Source: Heterodontus francisci (taxonomy: Eukaryota). Taken from it: 64,000 bases of DNA. Positions within the stretch are counted from its first letter, which is position 1, and each line of letters starts with the position of its first letter. The notes under the pieces are model-generated. The model had not been told where the DNA came from and did not search any database. It was given only the letters and a program-made list of their open reading frames with translations. Of this stretch, positions 11,916 to 26,900 are shown in pieces. The stretch covers positions 65,010,429 to 65,074,428 of the forward strand of contig NC_090396.1 of NCBI RefSeq assembly GCF_036365525.1, read 5' to 3'. A program made the position numbers and the translations under genes.

Positions 11916-14900
11916 GTAAGAGGCGGTGGCTTTTCACCCTCTTTGTTTGAGGGGAGTGGTGCCCTGTCACCGGCCGCCATTTAAGAAGCGCAGCACCGGA
12001 GGCAGGGCCTGGGCCGGTGACAGGGCCTCGCCGCCTGCGAGCGGCCTCCAGATCCCTAGGCCTTGGGGGAGCGGGCGATGGGTACCTGTCAGCCCCCAGG
12101 GAGAAGGGACATGACTGAGTGAATTTATATTGAATCATTATAACGAGTGTGAGTTTCCATTGCATTAATCACCCCCTCGCCACGGTGCCGTGTTTATAAT
12201 CACAGCTAAATAATCACCAGGGTTGGGGACAGCCCATTTACCCTGAGGGACTGTGTCTGCGTATTTTACTGAAATGGGTCGCAGGTGCGTCTTCTTGGGG
12301 GGGGGGGAACCGAGTTCTGTCACTCAGGTCGGACAGTTTTGCAGTTAATTCTGATAAGAGAAACAAAAATGAGATGCCTGAATCGCCCGGGTCATGTAGC
12401 ACCTCTGGAGAGAACAGACAAATTGACAACTTGTGTGTGGCCCCTTAACCAAAGGTTTGCTTCTCTTTTTCATCAATGTTGCCCATAAAGGAGAAGGGGG
12501 TGGGGGGACTGACCATCAGAGTGATTCCTATAACAGGAATGTCGTGAATGGGAAATACTGTCTAGTTGTGGGGAATTGAGAAATTTTTCACCCAGAGGGT
12601 GGTGGGGGTTTGGAACTCACAGCCTGAAAGGGTGGTAGAGACTGGAACCCTCATCACATTTAAAAAAAAAAATACTTGGAAATGCACTTGAAGCATCCTG
12701 ACCTACCGGGCTACGGATCAAGTGCTGGAAAGTGGGGTTAGGCTGGATCGCTCTTTTTCAGCTGGCACAGTCATGGGCCAAATGGCCTCCTCCTCTGCCA
12801 CAAATTTTCTATGTTTTAGTTGGATTGTTATCTTAAGCTACATGTGTAGGATGGCAGGATCCCCAAGGACACATTGTACAGCGAGCTCGTCACTGGTATC
12901 AGACCCACCGGCCGTCCATGTCTCCGCTTTAAAGACGTCTGCAAACGCGACATGAAATCCTGTGACATTGATCACAAGTCGTGGGAGTCAGTTGCCAGTG
13001 ATCGCCAGAGCTGGCGGGCAACCATAAAGGCGGGGCTAAAGAGTGGCGAGTTGAAGAGACTTGGCTGTTAGCAGGAAAAAAGACAGAAGCCCAACTGTGT
13101 AACAGCCCCAACAACCAATTTTATCTGCAGCGCCTGTGGAAGAGTCTGTCACTCTAGAATTGGCCTTTATAGCCACTCCAGGCGCTTACCCATTGTCTCT
13201 CGAGACAAGGAGGCCAAAGAAGAAGTAGTAGGATATACAAGCTGATCACTGCTCACGGACCAATGAAAATTGTCTAATCCCTGTACTTTTTTCTGCTCTA
13301 AAAGAACTCTTATTAGTGAGTAATTGTCTATTTTTTTTGTTTAATGGGAGGAGCACTGTCATTTTTTTTTCAGTGTTCTGTATAAGTTATGTATTTCAAG
13401 AATTCTTGGGACCCAGTGTGCCAAGAACATTCAAGGCCAGTGCACAAGCCAAGGTTTGGTTATGAGGAGAGATTACATAAACCAGCCTTCTGTTCCTTGG
13501 AATGTAGAAGGTTAACGAGGGATGATTGGATTGAGGACTTTAGGAATTGAAAGGAATTGATTGCTTTTTTTCTGCTTGAGTGGGAGTGTAGGGCAACAGG
13601 GCATAACCTTAAAATCAGAGCCAGGCCATTGAGGAGGGAAGTTAGAAAACTCTTCATGCAAAGGATGCTAGAAGTGTGGAACTCTTTCCCACTAAAAGCA
13701 GCAGATGCAAGCTCAGTAAATAATTTTACATCTGAGATTGATAGATATTTCCAGACAAAGGTAAAAGGATATGGAGTCATGGCAGATAGATGGATTTAAA
13801 ATACAGATCAGCTATGATCTCATTGGAGGAACAGGCTCAAGGGGCTGAATGGCCTGCTCCTGTTCCTATGTTTTGCAATTTCTGTTTTAGCCCTGGACAT
13901 CTTTGAAAGGGGTTGGGGGGGGAATGGAGTGGCCCAACTATCTCTGGCCCGGGCAGAGGGTAACTGACTCAGCACAGATGATGGACTCACATCTGCCACC
14001 TTCCTGGTCTGTATGGGATTTGGTATCTGGTCATTGATGCACAGGTAGAAGGTTTATGTTCTTAACCATTCCCCATCTCTTAAAATACACTTATAGTAAG
14101 GTGCATGAAAAAATAAAACCATGGAGTGTTTACACCATTATCCCATGTTTACATCAAGAATAAAGCAAATTCATATCACAATATACCATGCTTGAATGAA
14201 ACTGTCCTTGGCGTGTGTTCCATATTTAGCTGGAGCCCCTGGGCCTGGACTCCATACGCCTATGCATTAATCTGCCCCTGTTTGTGCTATTTATATCATG
14301 GATTTGTTGTTCTGGTAAGCAAGAAACCATCCTGTCCTGAATATCCCTGTATGAGAAAAGAATTAGGGGAAGGTTGCAGGTTAGGTGGATCTCATTGAAT
14401 GGTGGGACAGAATTGAGTGACTAAATGGCCTAGTCCTGTTCCTATGTAACTATGCAGTGTATTCAGAACTTTGTCTTTTGTGCATCTGCAATTGACAATA
14501 TTCTGTCCATGCTCTAGAATTGTGGCTTTGTGTAAGGAGTTTCTGTCCTTTGTGTCTGCTCCACATGTTCTCTTGTTTTGGAGCATTTTGGAACCCCTGC
14601 TGTGTTTCCAACCAGAGTGAAAGCTCATCTGCTGTTACCTATCCCTTTAATCAGAGGGTGTTAGTTACTCTTAGACTAGCTATTGTGGCAGTAAGTGAGA
14701 CTGGTAACAACAGCCAGACCTGACCAGGCTCCTCTGAGGAGTATTAACCACCGAGGTGAAGAAATTCTGTCTTCACTTAACAAACTAGATGGATGTTAGG
14801 GGCTAGGCTTAATTAGCAAACTGGAAACTTTTATAGTAAAATTTATACACTTTAAAGAATCATGAATTTAGTAAGTAATTAGAATACAGCAATGAATTTA

Positions 14901-17900
14901 TATTTATAAATGTTAATTCATTTAGGTTTTTATTTAAGGATTCTTTCTTTGCGCTGCCCTTTTGATCATTTAGCGCTGATCCTGAAAGTGTGATCTATGA
15001 TGTTGGTTATTTCGGGGTGAAGTTAACGCTTTGTGTACATTTTCTTTGTTTTTTTTCCCTGTTCTATGGTAAGTGTTATCAGGAAGAGGGAAATGGGGAG
15101 TCACCACAGAAAATAAGAACCGTGAACATTTTTAGTCTCTAGGAAGAGTTAATGACCCCTGTTACGTCACTAGCTCAGAAACAGGTCTCGCTGAACTTTG
15201 CTGCTACTGCTTCATGTTTTTCCCTAATGTAATTTATTTCATCAGTGCGTCATGAGAAGGGCTGGCTATTCGGGGCCTTTAGTATGGTGTCACAGATTGT
15301 AGTGCTAAGAACATTAGTGTATCCTTGTGTGTGTTTTTATTATTTTTCTTTCTCTCCCTAAACAGACAAAGCAACCAGCCAGTTACTTCTAGAAACTGAT
15401 TGGGAGTCCATCCTGCAGATCTGTGACCTGATTCGGCAGGGAGATGCCCAGTAAGTGTTTGGGAAGAGAGGTGGAGACAGACTGTGTGTTGTGGTTTTTT
15501 TTATAAAACGCAAAACTGAAGTGTTTTAGCTTAGACTGTGAGTACAGTGTCATTGAGTGCTTATAGTGTAGCCTGAAGATTATTGTTTGTTTGTACACTT
15601 ATTGATCGTCCCTCACGGCTGCACCTAAAAAGAGAGAAGGCTTGTTCGCTGAGATGCTCAACGTACCTGGGCAGGGAAGTCTTTGAATATGTTTTTTCAA
15701 TAGCAGGTGTAATATAGGAACTAAGAAATATGAGCAGGAGTAGGCTATACAGCCCCTTCAGCCTACTGAACCATCCAATAAGATCATGACTGATCTCCTA
15801 CCTCAATTGCTCTTCTTACCCTATTCTCAGATCACTTTATGCCAAGAGTGTCAATCTCAGCCCTGAATCTACTCTGGCTGAGCTTCCACAGCCCTCTGGG
15901 TTAGTGAATTCCAAAGATTCACAACCCTCTGAGTAGATGGCCCTTTATCCTGAGACTATAGCCCCTAGTTCTAGAATCTACAGCCGGGGGAAACAGCCTC
16001 ACAGCACCTAACTGTTGAGATCTAACTGTTATTTCAATATGTATCTTGTAGTTCCAGTGATCATTAGGTATTGTGTTATGACCTTTGGAAGGTTAGATTG
16101 GCTGATTCTAATTTATAAGGGAAAAGTTATGATTTTATTTTTAACATTGCTGAAATTCCTTGTGAAATTGCTTTGCCTGGGCCGTCTCCTATGCTTGAAA
16201 CTTCGATCCTCTTACGTGTGTTTTGAAAGCAGGCCACCAACGTTTCCTGAGGCTGCTTGCCTACTTTGGCAGTCACGTGAAACGCTTGCTCATGACTTGT
16301 ATTCCACCCTAGAGAAAGGCGAATACCAACTTGTGAAGTCAGTGCTTCAAATCCATAGGTTCAGACTTCACACGATGGATCCGGATGGAGAGGTTCCTTT
16401 GGTCCATTTGGAATTCATCTTCCAGAAGATCAATCTCACTGCCTTCCCATTACAGCATCTGGGCCACAACCCATTCCTGACACCCACTTCACTTGTCCAT
16501 CACCCTCCTGTGTTAAAACGTACTTCCTAATGACAGCATTCTCTGGCAGCAAAATCCTCAACCAGCACTAGTGAAAATACAAACATACGAATTAGGAGCA
16601 GGAGTAGGCCATTCGGCCCCTCAAACCTGCTTCGCCATTCAACAAGATCATGGCTGATCTAATTGTAATCTCAACTTCACATTCCTGCCTACTCCCGATA
16701 ACTGTCCACCCCCTTGCTTATCAAGAATCTATCTACCTCTGCCTTAAAAATATTCAAAGACTCTGCTTCCACTGCCTTTTGAGGAAGAGAAGTCCAAAGA
16801 CTCACGACCCTCTGAGAAAAAAAATTCTCCTCATCTCTGTCTTAAATGGGCGACCCCTTATTTTCAAACAGTGACCCCTAGTTCTAGATTCTCCCACTGG
16901 CTGGTCATCTTATTTCCATTTCTGGGACATAAAACTGCTGTCACGTTGCCTAAATAACAAGTGACAGCAATTCATTGTACATGAAATGCTTTGGAATATT
17001 TCTCAGATGTGATGAGCAGCTGTACAAATGCAAGATTATTTTCTTTTTGCACCACTTCAAACAATCAAAAGGTTAATGAGATGCTCGGATTCATTGTAAT
17101 TCTTTTTGGTTTGTTCATGGGATGTGAGCGTCACTGGCTAGACCAGCATTTATTGCCCATTACTAATTACCCTTGAGAAGATGGTGGTGAGCTGCCTTCT
17201 TGAACTGCTGCAGTCCATGTGGGGTAGGTACGCCCACATTGCTGTTAGGGAGGGATTTCCAGGATTTCGACCCAGTGACAGTGAAGGACTGTCGACATAG
17301 TTCCAAGTTAGGATGGCGTGTGGCTTGGAGGGGAACTTGCAGATGGTGATGTTCCCATGCATCTGCTGCCCTTGTCCTTCTAGGTGGTAGAGGTCACTGG
17401 TTTGGAAGGTGCTGTTGAAGGAGGCTTGGCGAGTTGCTGCAGTGCATTTTGTATTTGTTACTCACTGCTGCCGCTGTGTGTCAGTGGTGGAGGGAGTGAA
17501 TGTTGAAGGTGGTGGATCGGGTGTGGATCCATTGGGCTGCTTTGTCCTAGATGGTTACGAGCTTCCTGAGTGTTTTTGGAGCTGCACCCATCCAGGCAAG
17601 TGGAAAGTATTCCATCACACTCCTGACTTGTGCCTTGTAGATGGTGCTCAGGCATTGGGGAGTCAGAGTTACTCGCCACAGAATTCCCAGCCTCTGACCT
17701 GCTCATGTAGCCACGGTATTTGTGTGGTTGGTTCAGTTCCATTTCTGGTCAATGTTAACCCCCAAGATGTTGATGGTGGGGGATTCAGTGATGGTAATGT
17801 CATTGAACATCAAGGGAGGATGGTTAGATTCCCTCTTGGTTGAGCTGGTCATTGTCTGGCAGTTGTGTGACGCAAATGTTACTTGCCACTTATCTGCTCA

Positions 17901-20900
17901 AGCCTGAATGTTGTCCAATGCTTGCTGTATGTGGGCATGGACTGCTTCAGTATCTGAGTCATCACGAATGGTGCTGAACATTGCAATTGTCATCGAACAT
18001 CCTCACTTCTGACCTCATGATGGCGGGAAGGTCATTGAGGAAGCAGCTGAAGGTGGTTGGGGCCGAGGATTGACCTCCAACAAACACAACCATCTTTCTT
18101 TGTGCTAGTTATGAGAGTTTTCCCCTTAAGTCCTATTGATTTCAATTTTGCTAGGACTCTGGTGCCATACTCGGTCAAACGCTGCCTTGATGTCTAGGGC
18201 AGTCACTCTCACCTCACCTCTGGAATTCATTCTTTCGTCCATGTTTGGGCCAAGGCTGTAATGAGGTGAAGAGCTGAGTGGCCCTGGTGGGACCCAAACT
18301 GAGCACCAGTGAGCAGGTTATTGCTGAGTAAGTACTGCTTGATAGCACTGTTGATGACACCTTCCATCACTTTGCTGATAATGGAGAGTAAACTGATGGG
18401 GCAGTAATTAGCCGGATTGGATTTGTCCTGCTTTTTGTGGAAAGGACATACCTGGGCAATTTTCCACGTTGTTGGGTAGATGTTGGCATCATACTTTTCC
18501 TGGAACAGCTTGGCTAGGGGCGTGGAGGACAAGTGTTCAGTACTACAGCCGATACAGATATAAAAGTGAGGAAGTGCTATTGAAGTTATACAGCATTCTG
18601 GTCTGATCTCACTTGGAGTATTGTGGGTTCTCTTTTGGCTGCCCTGCCTTTCGAAAGGATGTACTCGTCTTGGAGGGAGCTCGCACAGATATCTGGGGTG
18701 AGGGGATTTGGCTATAATGAGTGATCAGGAAAACTAGAAAGGAGGTATTTATAGTGGGAGAATCCAGAATGACGGGACATAATCAATCTTAAACCTTTTA
18801 ATAATCAGTGTATTCACAGTGGGTTGTGAAAATGAGCCCTTCTCCCAGAGGTTTTCGATTCAGTATCAATTGAGGTATTTAAAAGGGTAGATACTTGAGA
18901 AGTATATGGGGAAATAGTGAGGTATGGAGATTAAAATGATAGAACAGCCATGACTAACAAAATGATGAAACAGCATGAATGGGCTGAGTGGCCTACTCCT
19001 GTTCCTATGCGACCCTGAACCTGCAACCTCTTGCCCTGAGGCTCTGGAATATCTGAAAGTATTGCTGTGAGTTTACTTCTTTGTCTCACTAAATACCTCT
19101 ACAAGGGCTGCTCCAAGGTGTCTGGTCTCAGCTGTACAACCTAGTTTGTAAACTTTCCAGCTGGGATTTAAAATATTTCAAGTGTTGGGTGTGTGAAGTG
19201 AGACTTTTAAAATGGGTCAGGTGTCAGATTAAAGTCAAATTTGCTTAAATTGGAAATCCCATAAAAACCATTCCCCGCACCCCCCCCCACCTGCTTTTTA
19301 AAAAGAAAAAAGTGAGATTGTGTAAAACATCAAAACAGTGATGCAGTCGATGAAAATGTTGTGGCTGGAATGCAAAAGTAGCATGCTGCATGCTGTCAGT
19401 CAGTCATGTGCACTGCAGGTATTAATGTTAAGACAATGTCCTTGTTTGATGGGTGGGAGATATCCATGAAACAGCCCAGAGAGGGAAGAGTGGAATAGCA
19501 ACAGTCCATGGGGTCTGATTTTTGTTTTTCCAGAGTGTGAATATAAAGCAAGGGGTTTGAGAGAGATCAAAGACAACGACTTGCATTGTTATAGCACCTT
19601 TTAACATTCCATTGATACTTTGCCCCATTTCTCCCAAGTATCGAGGAGCTGATCTCAGCTATACTGTTGGTTGAGAGCACTGAGACAATACACTGCCTAC
19701 AAGATGTGAAGCAAAATTAGCCCAAGTCACTCCCCGGTTGCTTTCTAGTACTTCTCTGCAGCCTGTATCACAGAGAGTTTATCTTGAGTTGGCAGTAAAT
19801 CACTTCTGATCCTCTCTCTCGGGGACTGACTCCAGAGTCAAGGAGAACTTTTTAAGAGGCAAATCTTCACCCTCCCCCTTCTCCAATCACTTGAGATGAT
19901 TGTGGCTTTTATAAACTCATGAAATGGCTGGTTACAGTTTGTGATCTTGTTTTAACTGAAGGGTTTTTTTGTATAGGGCAAAATATGCAGTTGCTGCCAT
20001 CAAGAAGAAGCTGAATGATAAAAATCCCCATGTGGTTCTTTACACTCTAGAGGTGAGATTTCCTTGTTACAACTCTGATCTTATTCTCTCAGTTTTTGTT
20101 AGGGCAAATTTTAAACAGCGAAACAGTGTTCTTGCGGGCCAAATGAAATTCCTAATAACCTGCTGCTGCTCTGAGATTGAGTTGTATTGTTCAATTGTTG
20201 GAATTTTTAAGAGCAGGAGTAGACCATTGAGCCTGTTCCGCCATTGGTTTGAACCTTTTGAATGCGGTGACTTGTGCGCATGCTGTGTTGTACTGACTAG
20301 CTGTACCAAACGGGGGGTTGGGGGAGACATCTCAGAGCAAACAATAGCACAGTTGAAACACAGCTAGAGTGAAAACTGCCATTTCTTCCTCCTTCATACC
20401 TGTCAGGTTAGACTATGTCGAAGCAAACTGAATGGTAGAGGAGGAAGAGATGCTGATAATGAAGCAAGTGCAGTGAAATAGTGAAATGGTGTCATTCAGC
20501 TGGCAGGAACTGAGATGTGCAACTTACAGAAGCAGCTTGCTACCAAACATGGAATAAACAGGAGAGCTGTTAACCAGAGACTGATTTGTTATAAACGGTT
20601 AATGCCTTTGTATGTGAGCAGTTTGAACATAGTTACACCGGATTTAATTCGCAATACTGCAGTCTCCGTGAGCAGGGTTGTTCATCTTATGCAATCCAGG
20701 ATTATGTCAAGTTTTAATATTTTCCAAGGGCTAATAAAGTATATCATTGAGAGTTCTGCGACCAGATAATTATTTGTAAGCATGCAGGTTCCACAATGGG
20801 TATTGAGGAAGATCAGGTTGTAGAATAAGATTTGGGATATGTTATTTGAACAACCTGACAAAAGCAAGGGATGTATTTTTGGAGGAACATTCGGTGGATT

Positions 20901-23900
20901 CATGATTTGGAGTTGCGGTCGGCTTTCTTGTCAATCTGATGATCAAGGGCCATGTTTTGTTAGTAAGTGTCTGCTGGGAATAGAGACCGACAGGTGTAAT
21001 TTGAAATTCCTACAGATGTACAGGCGCCCTACAATGGGGAGAGAAGAGCTGTGCCTTCCTATTCTAAGGATAATCCCCAACAAGTAACTTGATGGTCTGC
21101 TGTCTGATGATGCTGTCTGCTGTATCATATTTTGCAAGTGCCTCCAAAAACATTTGCAGATGTGATTTTTCCCATTTTAAAATTGGGCTGTTTCTAAGCT
21201 GGGACAAAGTAACATAGCTTGTATGCTATGAATCCATGTGGGTCTGGCAAGCTTGGCCAGAAGTTGTCTTTGGCCAATGACTTGCACTCTAGGGGCTGTC
21301 TATGGGCAATGTATGGCCATATAATTGCTAGTTTTAATGGATTCTTTCGCAGGGTGATCTTGGAGCTTTACCAGGTTTGAATGGTGCAGTCTGTTTTGCC
21401 GGAGGCCCATGTTTTCACACTTGCTGCTTATTCTGATTTCTCCATTTAGGTTTTGGAATCTGTGGTGAAGAACTGTGGCCAGACTGTTCATGATGAGGTT
21501 GCCAATAAGCAAACAATGGAAGAACTCAAAGAGCTGTTTAAGGTAGCTTGTGCAACTATTCCTACCAGTTTTGGAACAGACTCTGTTTGGTATGTGTTTC
21601 AGCTAAGGGCTTCCCTCCCCCAATGCTTCAGTTGATAAAGTACTCTGCCTAGTGTAGCACTGGACTATGCAGGTGCAATTCCTAGTCTCTGCTGACTCAG
21701 CTAGGGTGGCCCCATTTGAACCTCAATACCCCTAGGTTCATGAGGGAACTCTGTCAGGGTTCCTGTTCCTTGTCCTGTGTAAATCCAGTCAGCAAATGTC
21801 GACTCCCGTTGAAGCCACGCAGTGCGAGTGTCCTGAGGGGCAGCTGGCTCTTGCCAATAGGTAACAGGCCGGCCAGAACTTGGGTATCAGAAAGCAAGTA
21901 TCCAAAACCTTCAGGAGAGGCAGGGAGAACATTGTTGAGCTTAGGAAAATTTAAATGTAGCTATAAAGGAGCTGTAATGTCGCTCTTAAAAAGTAAGCTA
22001 TACATATATAGTACATCATCGTTTTAAATAACTCTGTCATGTTCTAACAAAATAATATGGAAAGTCTCCCTGAATCCATTTTTGCAGCCTATCTATTTCG
22101 TATTTATTTATTCCAGTCCATTTATTATTGGCTGATTTTTTTTTTTCTCTTTCCTCCCCTGCCCCTATCTTTCTCCTTTTTCTTTCCCATCTATAAATCT
22201 TATTCATAAATTGTTGTTTAAACATGACAAGCTGGTTAATCATTTCCTCCTAGCCCCAAGTCTTGTGACTGCCATAACCCCATGGGTAATCATCATGATG
22301 CTGTGCCCATCGTTTTGAGATGGTGTCATCCAAAGAACAGCAATGATCCTCCCCGAATATAGGCAGAAGGCCCTTCCTTTTTATGGGCTTTGATCCCTGA
22401 TCTGGTAGGTCATAGAAATGGGTTGTTGGAAATACTCATGCACTGTGGAAATTTATTTGCTTCCACTTCCAAATGACAGTGATTTTTTTTTTTCAAAACA
22501 AAGAACTCCTATTTGCTATTTATTCTTTTGAAACTTTTTTTAGCCTGGAAGCTATCCCAGATAATTGATGGAGGCTTCTGTCTCTTATTAGTATTTATAC
22601 AGCATCCACTTCCTGATGACATAATGTACCTTGTGATTATAAAGTTCCTCCCTGGTGCAATTAAATCATCTGACTGAGGCTGAATTTGCTGACACTGCTG
22701 ATCTGATTAAGGTGAGCAAGCGTTGCAGTTTAATTAAACAACCTGTATGGTTTTTATAGCACTCATGCTATCTGCCCCTCTCATGAATAGCTTTGTTCAC
22801 AGGTTTACTTCCTCCTGCTAGGTGAAGCCAAGTTCTGAGCAGTGACACAGCCTACAGTTCATAGTGGACTTACCTGTTTGACCAAATCATCCTTCTGTCT
22901 TGAAGTTGCCTAATTGTTTGCCGTTCCTGTTCTCACCCCACCTCTTCCCCACCACCCCCTCCATTGGATAATTTATATCGTTCAGTCCTATATTTTAACC
23001 CCTAGAGTGCCAGAAGCTTCAGAGAATTCCAGATTCCCTACAGAGTCTGTTTTAAAATGTAGCTCGGCTGCTATGCTGAAACAAACTCTTGACATTAAAG
23101 TGGTAGTTTTATTACAATTTTTGAAAAATTACTAAGTTCCCAACCCCTTTGCCTATTTTCCTCCTTTCTCTCTCTTCCCCTTTCTCGTATTTAAACTACT
23201 TTGATATGATTAAAGTTCAATAACTTGCTCATTTTCAGTGTATCTGGAATCCTATTTGTCCATTCTGTACATGGGGCCCAGGTGATTGGAATTGGCCTCG
23301 GATAGTATGCAGTGTTGTAATGAAACAAATGGCATAGTGAGCGTTCAGCAGCTTTATTTAAATACTCTGAGATGCGTTCACAGCAGATTTTAATTCTCAA
23401 TCTCAACTGTAACCCTTTCCTCCAGTTGTGTTAGACCGGAATTTAGCTAAAGTGGGCTTTACATTAATATTGATCCACTGTGGACATTGTACATCTGGTG
23501 CTTCTCTGATACCTTTGGTCTCCGGAAGGTGGTCTCGTGGGGCTGCGATTCTCTACCTTGCTGGTTTTGTTACTGAGATCCGTAAGCTCGTTTGTACTGT
23601 GCTTCACAGAAACAGACAGAGTCCAATGTCCGGACCAAGATCTTGCAGCTGATCCAGGCTTGGGCGCAGGCCTTCCGCAATGAACCCAAGTACAAAGTGG
23701 TTCAGGACACCTACCAGATCATGAAGGTCGAAGGTAAGAAAATGCCTGCAGCAAATTGCAGCAATTGTGATTTTACAGACTTCTAAAGAATGTCATTCAT
23801 TCTCCCACCCACCCCCCTGCCTCACCCCTACCCCTGCCCCACCCCCACCCCTACCCCTGCCCCACATTCCCTAATCTCCCTTCTTCCCAGCATACTGAAG

Positions 23901-26900
23901 GTGCTGGTTCAGGCTGGAGTGCAGTTTCCTCAAGTGACCACTCTTCATTGTTGAGTGCTCATTGGGTATTTGGCTGTGAGAAACATCATAGTCACAGCCC
24001 AATCTTGTCCTCACCTGACCCCCGCCACCATGCAGTTTCAGTGGATGGAAACAGGAGTAGGCTATTTGACCCACTAGTGTTTTGGTAGCTCTTGCCTTTT
24101 TAATACAAACTGTATTCCCTTTCACCATTATCTCTTAATATCTTCCCAGGTAGGTATTTTATCTCCCTTCTTAAGTAGTTAATTTGATTCTGCAGCGATG
24201 GGACGGACTGTACATTTCACCCAAAAGTGCTGTGAGTATATGTAAAGATTTGTGATCGGGACTGAGCGCCGCCTTTTGTCTTCCAACCCCTCCAATTCTG
24301 GGGACCACTGATACCTGACTACTGCAAGGTCAAGGATTGAACCCAGAGCATTCCTGGTTTTTGTGTTTGTTCCCCACTTAGCAGAATGGTTGGCATCTGA
24401 GCCACCGGTATAAGCTCTGTGATTGTTAAAACTATTAACGGTGAATTAATTCCCAACTGTTCACGCCGATGACTGGGTAAGACTATTGGATACATGTCAT
24501 CTTTGACTCAGCATTTGCTTACTTTACTCATTTTAATTAATGCCACGTGAATAATTAATATCTTGTTTGTACCATCAGCTGTACAGAGACTGTCTGTGCT
24601 TTGGTTCCTGATCTTCTGCTGAGCGATTACTCTTGTTTCTGCTGCTGTTACCCACATTTCAAGCTCTATTGTGACTTCTTGGGTTTCTGTACAGTTTGTG
24701 TGTTTTTTTAAATCTTCATGCCCACTATGTGGACTTGCTTTGTCTTCCTTATGCACATGGCTCCTGTCCACACTGGAAGCACCTTTCATTCTTCCAAGCT
24801 GTCCTATAATATTCTCAGGGCAAGTGCCCCTCGTAGCAAAGGAAAGTGTGATTTGGCCACCATTTTGTGTGGCTTTGGTTTTGTATTTGCTTCCTAAAAA
24901 GAAAATCTGTTTAACTGATTACCAGTGACCCCAGCCCTGTTCTAAGTGACATGTTGTCTTGCTGTGGTAGAAGTTTAAATAAAAATTGTTCTTGTGAACG
25001 TAAGGGCTGTTTGTCCTGGGGAATATAATGCACACCTGGTGTCTGGGTTCCTGTTGAACTCATAGAGCTGATGGAGAGGGGAGACTTTTACTTGACAGTT
25101 CTGAGCAGAATTGGACACCAGGTCCCAGAGATAAATGGATAGCTTGCTAGTCTGCTGCCACGCTTTAAAAGTGATGTATCCGAGGAAAATTCAGATTGCA
25201 AGAGATTTGAAGCCTTTTAATTGTCTTAATTTGTAGAGTAGCATGGTTAATTGGGTCCCAAGATTTGGGAACCTAATATAAAAGCAAAATACTGCGGATG
25301 CTGGAAATCTGAAATAAAAACAAGAAATGCTGGAACCACTCAGCAGGTCTGGCAGCATCTGTGGAAAGAGAAGCAGAGTTAACATTTCGGGTCAGTGACC
25401 CTTCTTCGGAACTGGCAAATATTAGAAATGTCAAAGGTTATAAGCAAGTGAGGCAGGGGTGGGGCAAGAGATAACAAAGGAGAAGGTGTAGATTGGACAA
25501 GGCCACATAGCTGACCAAAAGGTCATGGAGCAAAGGCAAACAATATGTTAATGGTGTATTGAAAGACAAAGCATTTTTAAAAATTCATTCATGGGATGTG
25601 GGCATCGCTGGCTAGGCCAGCATTTATTGCCCATCCCTAATTGCCCTAACTGAGTGGCTTGCTAGGCCATTTCAGAGGGCATGTAAGAGTCAACCATATT
25701 GCTGTGGGTCTGGAGTCACATGTAGGCCAGACCAGGTAAGGACAGCAGATTTCCTTCCCTAAAGGACATTAGTGAACCAGATGGGTTTTTACAACAATTG
25801 ACAATGGTTTCATGGCCATCATTAGACTAGCTTTTTTTTAGATTCCAGATTTATTAATTGTATTCAAATTTCACCTTCTGCTGTGGTGGGTTCACCAGGA
25901 CCCAGAGCAATACCCTGGGTCTCTAGGTTACTAGTCCAGTGACAATACCACTACGCCACCGCCTCTCCTTAGTACAGATAGGGTGTTAACGGACTGAAGA
26001 TTGACAAGCCCCCCATTTTACTTTTTAGTTATTTTTTCTTTTTTACAATTTTTTTTAATGTTTATTTCATTTCATCTTAGTTTGTTCAGTTTGCTTACCC
26101 ACTGTTTTTTTCATGTTTGTACTTGCTGCTGTTCAATCATCAGTCCGTTAACACCCTATCTGTACTAATGCTTTGTCTTTCAACACACCACTAACATATT
26201 GTTTGCCTTTGCTCCATGACCTTTTGGTCAGCTATGTGGCCTTGTCCAATCGGCACCTTCTCCTTTGTTATCTCTTGCCCCACCCCCGCCTCACTTGCTT
26301 ATAACCTTTTTTTTTAGAAGAATTAGAACATTACAGCGCAGTACAGGCCCTTCGGCCCTCGATGTTGCGCCGACTTGTGAAACCATCTGGCCTACACTAT
26401 TCCATTTTCATCCATATGTCTATCCAATGACCACTTAAATGCCCTTAAAGTTGGCGAATCTACTACTGCTGCAGGCAGGGCGTTCCACGCCCTTACTACT
26501 CTCTGAGTAAAGAAACTACCTCTCACATCTGTCCTATATCTATCACCCCTCAACTTGAAGCTATGTCCCCTCGTGTTTGCCATCACCATCCGAGGAAAAA
26601 GACACTCACTATCCACCCTATCTAACCCTCTGATTATCTTATATGTCTCTATTAAGTCACCTCTCCTCCTCCTTCTCTCCAACGAAAACAACCTCAAGTC
26701 CCTCAGCCTTTCCTCGTAAGACCTTCCCTCCATACCAGGCAACATCCTAGTAAATCTCCTCTGCACCCTTTCCATAGCTTCCACATCCTTCCTATAATGC
26801 GGTGACCAGAACTGCACGCAATACTCCAGGTGCGGTCTCACCAGAGTTTTGTACAGCTGCAGCATGACCTCGTGGCTCCGAAACTCGATCCCCCTACTAA

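Noticed and set aside
11662-12165. 167-aa minus-strand ORF across the HGS start
   Set aside because: GC-rich promoter sequence with few stops; no recognisable domain, and ARL16 has its own ATG at 11354.
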